From positions 62,432 to 126,431 of IMG/VR virus record IMGVR_UViG_3300012933_000323: 64,000 nucleotides of DNA; one strand, given 5' to 3'. This document shows, piece by piece, positions 27,063 to 35,159 of this stretch. The first letter of the stretch is position 1; each line of letters opens with the position of its first letter. The notes below the pieces were generated by a model that had not been told where the DNA came from, did no database searches, and worked only from the letters and a program-made list of their open reading frames with translations. This DNA comes from a virus. Taxonomy: Duplodnaviria; Heunggongvirae; Uroviricota; Caudoviricetes. The position numbers and the translations under genes were made by a program.

Positions 27063-27632
27063 TTAATATGTATGGTTAATAAAATATGTAACACGCTCAG
27101 AAACTTTTTCGGCATCAGAATGAACAATGTTGATCAATAATTTATTCTTAATCAATGACTTATCGTGTGCATTGATAAAATTGTTGATTTCTGTTTTCTT
27201 CTTTTCTTTATCTGTGCTAAAAGACAAGCCATCGTCACGCATAATCAAATTGTCTGGTTGATCAATGAGTGTGATAAGATAAAGATTATCCCAGATAGGA
27301 TGGATGTGTTTGAACTTGCGTTCAACATCAAGAACGTACTCACCTGTATATCCGCGATAAATCGGGCCATACACCATTTCACCCAGATGTGAACGATCAA
27401 AAATCATACCTGATTTATCGTACTTTGAACACTCAAACATGTTTTGGAACATTTCTGTGTACATCTTTGTACTGTATTCAATAGTTTTTGCAGGTGATTC
27501 TTGCTTTACATTTGAATAATGTAATGCGTGTAAAGTAAAGTTGTTGAATTTATTTTTAAGGTTTTGGATCAATGTACTCTTACCTACATTGTCTGGACCT
27601 TCAATGATGATGAATAGATTTCGTTTATTCAT
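27063..27632 (-). CDS. dNMP kinase of the thymidylate-kinase family (hm-dCMP/dTMP kinase candidate)
   Basis: P-loop IIIEGPDNVGKSTL and a thymidylate-kinase-like overall length. Confidence 0.6.
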   Translation of the reverse strand: MNKRNLFIIIEGPDNVGKSTLIQNLKNKFNNFTLHALHYSNVKQESPAKTIEYSTKMYTEMFQNMFECSKYDKSGMIFDRSHLGEMVYGPIYRGYTGEYVLDVERKFKHIHPIWDNLYLITLIDQPDNLIMRDDGLSFSTDKEKKKTEINNFINAHDKSLIKNKLLINIVHSDAEKVSERVTYFINHTY

Positions 27633-27641
27633 TTATATCCT

Positions 27642-27884
27642 TTAAGCACGACGGTTAGATTGCATAGCTCGTTGCATACGCATTTCAGAAAGTAGAAAGC
27701 TATCGTACTTTTTCATACCATGCTCTTCTAACTTCTGTACTTGATATTCGTCTAATTGATAATCAGCAATGATCGGCAAGGATGCTTCTACGGCCTTTTG
27801 GAGCTGTTTGATGTCCCTTGATTTAGCAATCATATCAAAGATTTTGTTGTAACCGTCTTTTTGTTTGTTAGCATCAATTTTCAT
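27642..27884 (-). CDS. hypothetical protein
   Basis: 80-aa ORF. Confidence 0.4.
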   Translation of the reverse strand: MKIDANKQKDGYNKIFDMIAKSRDIKQLQKAVEASLPIIADYQLDEYQVQKLEEHGMKKYDSFLLSEMRMQRAMQSNRRA

Positions 27885-27898
27885 AGCAATCTTTCATT

Positions 27899-27929
27899 AG
27901 AGTTCAAAAAAGGTAGACCGTTTCCGATC
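27899..27929 (-). terminator. intrinsic terminator (imperfect hairpin GGTAGATCGG-AAA-CGGTCTACC followed by UUUUUU on the minus-strand RNA)
   Basis: Inverted repeat with one mismatch flanked by a plus-strand A6 run, just after the stop of ORF 27976..28425. Confidence 0.4.
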
Positions 27930-27975
27930 TACCTTGTAATTATAACCTGAATTTTATTAAAAATCAATCAATGTA

Positions 27976-28425
27976 TTATGACATGTTAAATTTGTAAAGC
28001 TTGGCATCGATAACTTCTTGTAAGTCGGTAATACCGTCTACAATAGATGCCATTCGTGCGTCTGTATTAATTGCTGATGTCACGATAATTCTGAATTCTT
28101 CGAACTTTGAACGTACTTCTGATTCGTCATAATAAGACATTAGTGGAAAACTAATGCTTTCTAACACACCGCCTTGCGCGATAAATTTTTCAGCTAAACC
28201 GTCAACTTCAGATTGAAGTTCTTCATATAGTTCGCCAAGTGCCGTATGCTTCTGGCCGTTTGTGCATAATAGATGCCACACGTGAGCCTGTGCAATAAAT
28301 TGTAATGTGTACGGGATAATGTAACCAATGCCAGTAGAATTAATGCCATCCACAGCTTCCGTTATTTTCTCAGATTGTTCTGGTTGTGGCGGAACTTTCT
28401 TTTCAACAATGTCTCTAAATTTCAT
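27976..28425 (-). CDS. late protein sharing the N-terminus MKFRDI with the adjacent gene (internal-protein-like candidate)
   Basis: MKFRDIVE-K; an I-V-E tripeptide at residues 6-8 fits the T4 prohead-protease L/I-x-E cleavage rule. Confidence 0.4.
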   Translation of the reverse strand: MKFRDIVEKKVPPQPEQSEKITEAVDGINSTGIGYIIPYTLQFIAQAHVWHLLCTNGQKHTALGELYEELQSEVDGLAEKFIAQGGVLESISFPLMSYYDESEVRSKFEEFRIIVTSAINTDARMASIVDGITDLQEVIDAKLYKFNMS

Positions 28426-28427
28426 GA

Positions 28428-28820
28428 TTATTCCTTAGAAGTTTTAACGGCTTTAGCTGCTTTGGCAGATTTAGCATCTTCATCATCAACTTTGATTTCT
28501 GAATCATCACCAGCTTCAGCATCGCCAACATCAGAAATATGTTTTTGAATAAACTGAGCAACTTCACTAGCTAATGCGTCAAGCTTAGACTCTAAATCTT
28601 TAACTTCATTGACCGCCGGATTGTCTGGACTCATTACTGACAACATCTCAATGAATGAGATGCCAGCCAATGTTGTTTGAATTTCTTTAGCCATAGCCAA
28701 AGCTTGGAATTTCATTTCCGATTCTTTGATGGTTGTACAATTACATGGAGTTTGACCACATACTTGACAAACATCTCTAACTTGGCTTGTTTTATCCTGG
28801 ATAATGTCTCTAAATTTCAT
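28428..28820 (-). CDS. late protein with a shared MKFRDI N-terminus and acidic/Lys-Ala-rich tail
   Basis: N terminus MKFRDIIQ; a late promoter lies 25 nt upstream. Confidence 0.4.
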   Translation of the reverse strand: MKFRDIIQDKTSQVRDVCQVCGQTPCNCTTIKESEMKFQALAMAKEIQTTLAGISFIEMLSVMSPDNPAVNEVKDLESKLDALASEVAQFIQKHISDVGDAEAGDDSEIKVDDEDAKSAKAAKAVKTSKE

Positions 28821-28845
28821 AATTGTCCCCGACGTTGTTTATTTT

Positions 28846-28853
28846 TATTTATA
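28846..28853 (-). promoter_or_regulatory. T4-type late promoter TATAAATA (minus strand)
   Basis: The reverse complement reads TATAAATAaaaataaacaacgtcggggacaattATG. Confidence 0.45.
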
Positions 28854-29426
28854 TTAAACAACTTTGTCAATTAAACCTAAGCATTTTGCATCTTCAGCTG
28901 ACATATAAAAGTCACGTTGTGTTTTCATTTTTAATGTTTCTAATGTAGATTTGCCGTTTGTAAAGTTGGCAATATCAATTAGTAAACTATCTTGTAAGAA
29001 CTTTGTTTCTTCATAATCAATTTTCATGTCATGAAATGTACCCATTGTCCCAGAACTAACGGAGTGAATCATAATACGGCAATGCTTCATTGCCCTACGT
29101 TCTCCAGTTCCTGATGCTAACAAGTAAGCACCCATTGACGCACACATACCAACACCAACTGTATTTACTTTGCACGGGATATGATCAATAATATCTTTAA
29201 TGGCCAATCCATCATACACAGAACCACCTGGGCTATTAATGTAAAAATTAATTGGTAACTCAGGATTATCCGCAGCAAGCCAAAGCATCTGCATAATGAT
29301 AATATTTGCGGTATCAGGATTTACATCCTCTCCCAAATATACAATTCGGTCTTGCAGCAATCGACTTGGTAAATCGATTGGTTTTTCTGAGCGACCGGTT
29401 TTTTCAATTACGTTTGGGATTAACAT
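28854..29426 (-). CDS. clpP: ClpP serine protease homolog
   Basis: INSPGGSVYDGLAIKDII...GMCASMGAYLLASG...CRIMIHSV is collinear with E. coli ClpP (INSPGGVITAGMSIYD...GQAASMGAFLL...SRVMIHQP). Confidence 0.85.
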   Translation of the reverse strand: MLIPNVIEKTGRSEKPIDLPSRLLQDRIVYLGEDVNPDTANIIIMQMLWLAADNPELPINFYINSPGGSVYDGLAIKDIIDHIPCKVNTVGVGMCASMGAYLLASGTGERRAMKHCRIMIHSVSSGTMGTFHDMKIDYEETKFLQDSLLIDIANFTNGKSTLETLKMKTQRDFYMSAEDAKCLGLIDKVV

Positions 29427-29629
29427 TCAAGATCCTTCCTATGTTTTTCTTTACGGTTATACTTTTTCTTATTTTGCTCAACTTTAGTTACCAAGCTGAT
29501 TTCACGTGCAAAAGCGGCTACGATCATTGGATTCCTTGGTTTAAATTTTAGTTTCTTAGACATAGCCACTCCTTTATTTATTCTAATATAATAACAGTTA
29601 AAAAAAGGGATGGACATCGTCCATCCCAT
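29420..29629 (-). CDS. small basic protein
   Basis: K/R-rich ORF; the true start is probably the internal MSKKLKF. Confidence 0.3.
   Translation of the reverse strand: MGWTMSIPFFNCYYIRINKGVAMSKKLKFKPRNPMIVAAFAREISLVTKVEQNKKKYNRKEKHRKDLEC
29599..29627 (-). terminator. intrinsic terminator (GGGATGGA-CGATG-TCCATCCC + U-run, minus strand)
   Basis: Perfect 8-bp inverted repeat with a plus-strand A8 run immediately 5' of it (a U-run on the minus-strand RNA), downstream of the stop at 29682. Confidence 0.45.
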
Positions 29630-29681
29630 ATCCTTTCGGATTAAATGTTACCGGGCCGAAACCGTCTGTAACAAAATTTAT

Positions 29682-30074
29682 TTATAATTTGTCCCACTCT
29701 TCAGGATCAATATAGGGTCGTTTCCAGCCTTCAATATAGCCTTCTTTGCCAATCTTAAAGATGATGTAATCACCATATCCTTTGCCAAAAGCTAGAATAT
29801 CATCAGGTACGTAATGATCTTTGTATTTTGCAATGCGTTCGCGGTTAACATCTAGAAGATAATAATCACCAGCATCGCATACTTTATAATGGATATCTGC
29901 CTCAACACCAATTGGCCAATCACATACCCAACCAGTGTGAAAATTAATGATTGGGCACCATTCGTCTTTAACACGTGATGGCATGTTGCCTTCTACATCG
30001 TCTTTTCCGTTTAGTGTAGCATCTTCCCAATATCTTACTTGAGCAAATACACTAATGAACTGTACGTCTTTCAT
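29682..30074 (-). CDS. hypothetical protein
   Basis: 130-aa ORF. Confidence 0.4.
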   Translation of the reverse strand: MKDVQFISVFAQVRYWEDATLNGKDDVEGNMPSRVKDEWCPIINFHTGWVCDWPIGVEADIHYKVCDAGDYYLLDVNRERIAKYKDHYVPDDILAFGKGYGDYIIFKIGKEGYIEGWKRPYIDPEEWDKL

Positions 30075-30457
30075 TTCTGTTCTTTCTGTGGTTCGTAATA
30101 ATCTTTATATGCTTTAACGATGCTCCGCTGTTTAAGAATATAAGCTCTGATTTCTGCCATGTTTAAACTAAGATTTTCATATCCATCGTCAGTTAAACCA
30201 AACAGTACTAAATCATACTTTTTCTTCTCAAGGTCAGCGAACACTTCTTCAGCATTCTCAGGTGTAATTATAAACCATTGAACCTTACGTGGTTCTAGCG
30301 GTGCAGGTTCTTGTACATTTAAATGGACTTTTTCTTGTTGAACCGTCTTGACTTCAATTGGTTTTACCTTTGGTGACCCAAAGAAATCAAATGAAGCACA
30401 TCCACTTAATACGAAACTACTTAGGAGTACTGTTAACCAAATCTTTGCATTCTGCAT
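30071..30457 (-). CDS. outer-membrane lipoprotein, o-spanin candidate (overlaps the i-spanin 3' end)
   Basis: An internal start MQNAKIWLTVLLSSFVLSGC provides a lipobox LSGC. The ORF track extends it to 30514 with an upstream start. Confidence 0.4.
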   Translation of the reverse strand: MQNAKIWLTVLLSSFVLSGCASFDFFGSPKVKPIEVKTVQQEKVHLNVQEPAPLEPRKVQWFIITPENAEEVFADLEKKKYDLVLFGLTDDGYENLSLNMAEIRAYILKQRSIVKAYKDYYEPQKEQK

Positions 30458-30878
30458 TTGATTCTCCTTCTCTAAGTTTAGCGCCAGTTGCAAGTTCAAA
30501 ACATCTATGTACATTCATGGTTGCTTTATCAACCAATTTATTAACGGTTTCTGGCTTTGCAGCTGCAATAGCACCAAAGTCACGTGAATTACCGTTTGCC
30601 TTAACATTGAACTTTTTATCCAAGTCTTTAACTTGCTTATCAAGCTCAGCGTTACGTTTAGCTAAGTCAACATTTGTTGTTTGAACTTGCTCAATCTCTC
30701 GTTCTTGTTTTTCAATCACTTGGCCTTGAAGAATCGATGCTTCTTTCAAGGCTTTCGTGTTAGCTTCAGAAACGGCAAGATCGGCTTTCAGATTCATTAA
30801 ATGATTTGCACCAATCAATGCTGCAACTGCAAGAATGCCGATTACGACGTACTTAACAATTGTATCTGTGCCGAACAT
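30417..30878 (-). CDS. i-spanin candidate (N-terminal TM + coiled coil)
   Basis: The N-terminal TM segment IVKYVVIGILAVAALIGANHL is followed by a long E/K/Q-rich helix. Confidence 0.4.
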   Translation of the reverse strand: MFGTDTIVKYVVIGILAVAALIGANHLMNLKADLAVSEANTKALKEASILQGQVIEKQEREIEQVQTTNVDLAKRNAELDKQVKDLDKKFNVKANGNSRDFGAIAAAKPETVNKLVDKATMNVHRCFELATGAKLREGESNAECKDLVNSTPK

Positions 30879-30879
30879 A

Positions 30880-31122
30880 TTAAGCCTTTGCTTCTTCTGG
30901 CTTTGGCATCTCTGTCATCTTTGGAACTTCTTTATAAAGTTCATCGATCAATTTTGCCTTCGCCAATTTTGCGATAGAAACTTGAAGACCGTAATCTTTG
31001 ATTTTGTCTTCAATGGTTTTCATATCTTTGATGATTGCCCATGCCAATTCTGACACTGTCTTTGCATCATAAAATTTATCGCCAATTTGAACTGTGTCAC
31101 CTGGTTTAATTTCTTCTGTCAT
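30880..31122 (-). CDS. hypothetical protein
   Basis: 80-aa ORF. Confidence 0.4.
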   Translation of the reverse strand: MTEEIKPGDTVQIGDKFYDAKTVSELAWAIIKDMKTIEDKIKDYGLQVSIAKLAKAKLIDELYKEVPKMTEMPKPEEAKA

Positions 31123-31123
31123 T

Positions 31124-31417
31124 TCATTCTCCTAGTAAATTAATTAATGCTGATTTTGTTTGAGCACCTGATACGCGCTTAACTTCTTTACCATCTTCAA
31201 AAACGATAAAGGTTGGAACGCCACGAATGCCATACTTAATTGCTGAATCTTGATCTTCATCAGTATTCACATCAAATACTTGATGTCCTTCTGTTGCCAT
31301 TGCTTCTAATGTTGGTGCAACAGATTGGCAAGGGCCACACCACGGTGCGCCGAACTTAACCAAGATTTTGCCAGAACCATCTAAGGTTTCTTCTGTAAAT
31401 TTTTGTAGATTTGCCAT
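31124..31417 (-). CDS. thioredoxin
   Basis: Active site WCGPCQ, plus the cis-Pro region GVPTFIVF. Confidence 0.8.
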   Translation of the reverse strand: MANLQKFTEETLDGSGKILVKFGAPWCGPCQSVAPTLEAMATEGHQVFDVNTDEDQDSAIKYGIRGVPTFIVFEDGKEVKRVSGAQTKSALINLLGE

Positions 31418-31443
31418 TTTAACTTCCTTCTTATTAATTTATA

Positions 31444-31746
31444 TCAAATGAATTCTTCTGGATTTGCATCCTTTGTAATTTTTAACAGATGCTTTAAACA
31501 TGCTTCAAGCTGTTCAACTTCTATCTCAAATTCACCAATTTTGACGGTGCCATCTTTCAATGTTAGCGCTGGTGTTGGAGATATGTTAACTGTGCTCATT
31601 GCAATGTTTTGGTAAGAACTACCAGTATTTACTGCAATAGAGTTTGTGTTGATATCATATAAAATATCTCCGATAGCGCCACCGTTAATTATGTTTGATA
31701 TACCTGCGATACTGTATTCTTTAATCTCGTCTTTTTCATCATTCAT
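31444..31746 (-). CDS. hypothetical protein
   Basis: 100-aa ORF. Confidence 0.4.
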   Translation of the reverse strand: MNDEKDEIKEYSIAGISNIINGGAIGDILYDINTNSIAVNTGSSYQNIAMSTVNISPTPALTLKDGTVKIGEFEIEVEQLEACLKHLLKITKDANPEEFI

Positions 31747-31754
31747 ATTCTCTC

Positions 31755-32633
31755 CTAAATAAAGTACTCAGCGTACTTTAAACGAACTTCTTGTTTATCT
31801 GTACACTTATATGATGGCATTTTTATTGATCTTAGCAATAAAAATAGATATAGTTCGTCAGACATATCTTTTATTTCTTTATCAAGCAAAGCTGGCAACT
31901 TAGAAAATATATTTAATCTAGTTGGTACATCCTTTGATTGAATGTAGTCATGGACAGCTTGCGCTATTTCAATGAAATCATTTCTGATTGCGTTTTCAAG
32001 TAGTTCTGTACCAGTGATACATGGCTGCGCTTTGTATCCTGTGTCAAAACGTACATCGCAATTATTGATTAAATATCTAATGATCTGCTTATAAGTAACG
32101 TTATCATCATCTTTACAATTCTTTTTGGATTTGTACTTATGATAGCGTTCAAGAACCATGCCATTGATATTTTTCTCGTCAACAGTAATATGTGTTGTGT
32201 AATGTACACTTTTCACAAATTCACCTTGTGATGTATATGCAACTTTACTACAATTAAAATCAAATGTTGACATAACATCATGCACATCTCCGACATGTAA
32301 TTTCACAAATTGTATCTGGCGTCGCAACGGCGATTTTGCTAAAGACGGTACGGTTACAGCATTTGATGTCACATAAGAATTTACAGTACACGTGATAGTG
32401 GTAATATCGCCGTCAACAGTTATTGCTGATTGATTATCTGGTGATAATTTATTTATGACAGCATCGCAATCTTCCTGTGTGTAGAAAAATACATCGATGT
32501 CGTCATAAACACTATTGTCATTAATAACACTATAAACACTACCACCAGCCACGAAGAATGGAACTTGAACTCCAAGCTCTTCCAAATAATCATTGACAGT
32601 TTTAACCAACTTCTCTAACTGGTGGACATACAT
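31755..32633 (-). CDS. nucleotidyltransferase with a CCA-adding/poly(A)-polymerase head-domain signature
   Basis: Motif A GGSVYSVINDNSVYDDIDV (compare GGxVRDxLLGxxxxDxD) and motif-B-like TFDFNCSKVAY (compare RDFTINALAY). The likely start is the ATG at 32633, 1 nt after the upstream stop; the track begins at 32684. Confidence 0.5.
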   Translation of the reverse strand: MYVHQLEKLVKTVNDYLEELGVQVPFFVAGGSVYSVINDNSVYDDIDVFFYTQEDCDAVINKLSPDNQSAITVDGDITTITCTVNSYVTSNAVTVPSLAKSPLRRQIQFVKLHVGDVHDVMSTFDFNCSKVAYTSQGEFVKSVHYTTHITVDEKNINGMVLERYHKYKSKKNCKDDDNVTYKQIIRYLINNCDVRFDTGYKAQPCITGTELLENAIRNDFIEIAQAVHDYIQSKDVPTRLNIFSKLPALLDKEIKDMSDELYLFLLLRSIKMPSYKCTDKQEVRLKYAEYFI

Positions 32634-32634
32634 T

Positions 32635-33738
32635 TTATTCTTTGTCAGCAGCCTGAACAATGCGTTTGAAAAGCTTTTTATCATTTAACATGGTATCTAC
32701 TGCAGCCAGCTTTTTGTACATCTCAGGCTCATCCTTGCGATAACTCTTCAAGAATGCAACACAGATCTCAATTTCAAGACTGTACATATAAACCAAGAAT
32801 GGCAAAATGTCATCCTTCTTCATATGTCGTTGTGCTAACTGACGAGCCATTTCAGTTTTACGAATAGCTTCAGTCTTTGCCATTCGTTCAGAAATTAGTT
32901 CAGCGAGCTCTTCAATTGTTTCTGTAGTATCTTTGTTATCTTCAACGATAGATTCAATGTCTTCTGCTTTAATAACATCAACGTAGTTCTTGAAGAACGA
33001 ATAGAACTGAGACGCAATTTCTGTTCCGACTTTACCTTTCATAACTTGAAAGAGGATGTCTTCTGAAATATCGTTAACACGATCCATGAAGTCGCCAAGC
33101 TTTGCCCATGAACGTGGCGTAGCACCGATGCCACCATCACTAGGTGTCCAATGCAAGCGATCTGGGAATTCACCAATGAAGTCCAACACAATTTGGTTCA
33201 CTTCATTTTTACGACCCCATTTAAGAAACGCTGGTGCATCAGCTTCAACAGAAACATGCAAGAATCGGTCAAGCAATGCAGGGTCAAGTTCGTCAACTTG
33301 GTAATCAGATGCCGGATTAATCGCAGCAACAACCAGTGTACGAACACCATTAACAATAGGCAATGTATGTTCATGGATTTGTCGTTCAAGCACAAGCTGC
33401 AATGCAGATTGACGAACGTCAATTGGTGCGCGGTTCAACTCATCTAGGAATAGAACGCTATGCTTACCTTCGGATGCCGCCTTATGCATACGCTGCAACC
33501 AAATTGGCATTGACCATGTGGTGAGCGTTAAACCATCATGTTCGATGGTGTGTGGAATACCAATAAGATCACCGACTTCTTGGTGTGAAAGGAAAAGTTC
33601 TACAAGGTGATAACCTTGTTCATTGGCAAATTGCTTGACAATGTTTGACTTACCAATGCCGTGTGGGCCTTCCATGATAACAGTATCATCGGCTAACGCA
33701 GCTGCTTTAATGATTTCCTTTGCGGATTGGATGTCCAT
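32635..33738 (-). CDS. MoxR/CobS-like AAA+ ATPase
   Basis: Walker A MEGPHGIGKS, Walker B VLFLDELNRA, and sensor region LLDRF are present. Confidence 0.65.
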   Translation of the reverse strand: MDIQSAKEIIKAAALADDTVIMEGPHGIGKSNIVKQFANEQGYHLVELFLSHQEVGDLIGIPHTIEHDGLTLTTWSMPIWLQRMHKAASEGKHSVLFLDELNRAPIDVRQSALQLVLERQIHEHTLPIVNGVRTLVVAAINPASDYQVDELDPALLDRFLHVSVEADAPAFLKWGRKNEVNQIVLDFIGEFPDRLHWTPSDGGIGATPRSWAKLGDFMDRVNDISEDILFQVMKGKVGTEIASQFYSFFKNYVDVIKAEDIESIVEDNKDTTETIEELAELISERMAKTEAIRKTEMARQLAQRHMKKDDILPFLVYMYSLEIEICVAFLKSYRKDEPEMYKKLAAVDTMLNDKKLFKRIVQAADKE

Positions 33739-33794
33739 CTCTCTGTCTTTCTGTGATGTAAAATTAAATTATATCAACGGTTGGTTTAAAAAAT

Positions 33795-34214
33795 TCAAAT
33801 ATCCATGTCTAACATGAAAGCACACGCTAAAATTTCTTCATAACGATGCGCTTCCTTTTCCCAAGGATGTTCCCAATAGTCAAGGTTCTGTGGATTAATC
33901 GGGCGTGATTTCCAACGAACAGAACCTGATGGCATATCACACATCTCATGTAGCACATATTGTTTTACATGAATCATTTCATGCATCACCGTGACAATGA
34001 AATGATCTATACTAAGGCGTTCATCAATTTCTAACATGTACTTACGCTTTTTCAGCTGTGTACATGAACCATTGACTTCATCTAATTTATCGATGTGTAA
34101 ATCAATGTGAAGCTTTTTAACCTTTGGTAAGAACAAATCAATGTACCAATTGATTGCACTCTTTGCAAGTTTTTGGCGGACCTTTGTAGCGCCGTGCGTA
34201 TGAATACTTTTCAT
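33795..34214 (-). CDS. small HExxH metallopeptidase-like protein (SprT/WLM-like)
   Basis: VMHEMIHVKQ with a downstream EKEAHRYEE. Confidence 0.4.
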   Translation of the reverse strand: MKSIHTHGATKVRQKLAKSAINWYIDLFLPKVKKLHIDLHIDKLDEVNGSCTQLKKRKYMLEIDERLSIDHFIVTVMHEMIHVKQYVLHEMCDMPSGSVRWKSRPINPQNLDYWEHPWEKEAHRYEEILACAFMLDMDI

Positions 34215-34267
34215 ATGAACCTTTGATGTAGGTTAATTATAACACACTTTCGATCCTGCTTGCTAGT

Positions 34268-34525
34268 TTAATGAATAGTTGTACCTTCAGGGATAGTATA
34301 TTCGTTCGTTAAAACATCACCAGACGCTTTGCCAATTAGTACAATAGCGTCTGTCAGCATGTCATCGTCGAACCATCTATCATACATTAAGTACACATCT
34401 GCAATGACTCTCGGCCATTGCACAATATCATTCTCGATATTTTCTGGTCTTTCATTGATTTGATGTACCATAAAGATACATAAATCAACCAAATCCGCGT
34501 AATATTCTTCTTGTGTTTCGTACAT
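34268..34525 (-). CDS. hypothetical protein
   Basis: 85-aa ORF. Confidence 0.4.
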   Translation of the reverse strand: MYETQEEYYADLVDLCIFMVHQINERPENIENDIVQWPRVIADVYLMYDRWFDDDMLTDAIVLIGKASGDVLTNEYTIPEGTTIH

Positions 34526-35067
34526 TATGCCTTTGGCTTATAGTAAATATGTGCACCTATTTGTGCCACTTGTGTAAATGCCTTTCTCCAATATGGCTTA
34601 ATTTTTACTGTGTGATAGTGCGTAGCACCTTCAGTAATTCCACGGTAAGTACGATTATGTACGATGTCCCATGCTAACTGTTTAGCATCGGCCCATGCAG
34701 CTTCTTCATTAATTCGCTTCTTCTTACCATCACAATACCATGAGAACTGGCATTTATTTTTTACTGGATTTCCGTGCTTATCATGTTTTGCTTGCTTTAC
34801 AACACCACAGATGGTCTTTGGGAATTTATCATGATTAACTCTATTCAACGTAACATCTGCTACCGCCGCGCGATCGGCTAATGTTGAACCACGAGCTTCA
34901 TGGTAAATGTTTTGCGCAAGGCAAAATTCCTGTGGATATTCCTTTGCTGTTAGTTCAACTGGTTGCTGAACTACCTGAACATCCTTCTTCTGTAAAATCG
35001 AAAACAATCCGATACATCCAGTCAATAACATCGACACGACGATAATCGCTCTTTTGTTAATTAGCAT
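34525..35067 (-). CDS. SleB/CwlJ-family cell-wall hydrolase with N-terminal signal/SAR anchor (endolysin candidate)
   Basis: CLAQNIYHEARGS...AVADVTLNRV...FPKTICGVVKQ...QFSWYCDG motifs and a hydrophobic N terminus IIVVSMLLTGCIGLFSIL. A strong AAGGAG ribosome-binding site precedes it. Confidence 0.6.
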   Translation of the reverse strand: MLINKRAIIVVSMLLTGCIGLFSILQKKDVQVVQQPVELTAKEYPQEFCLAQNIYHEARGSTLADRAAVADVTLNRVNHDKFPKTICGVVKQAKHDKHGNPVKNKCQFSWYCDGKKKRINEEAAWADAKQLAWDIVHNRTYRGITEGATHYHTVKIKPYWRKAFTQVAQIGAHIYYKPKA

Positions 35068-35149
35068 ATTATGCTCCTTTATTACAAGTTGTAATTTTAC
35101 AACATTTTTATTCGCGCATTTTCTGTCTTAACAACAGATCTTCTAAGAG

Positions 35150-35157
35150 TATTTATA
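35150..35157 (-). promoter_or_regulatory. candidate late promoter TATAAATA (minus strand) upstream of the lysin gene
   Basis: The plus strand reads tatttata, about 85 nt upstream of the ATG at 35067. Confidence 0.3.
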
Positions 35158-35159
35158 AC

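Noticed and set aside
28854-29426. ClpP-fold protein interpreted as the prohead maturation protease
   Set aside because: The sequence is collinear with bacterial ClpP itself (INSPGG, GxxASMGA, RxMIHQP-like) rather than with the diverged prohead ClpP-like S14/U9 proteases. I therefore call it a ClpP homolog and leave the prohead-protease role open.
31755-33738. MoxR ATPase + nucleotidyltransferase as a CBASS-like (cGAS/DncV) defence module
   Set aside because: The NTase motifs match the CCA-adding/poly(A)-polymerase head domain (GGxV..DxD plus an RDFTxN-like block) rather than the CD-NTase GS...DxD...D pattern, and no effector gene (phospholipase, TM or nuclease) is attached.
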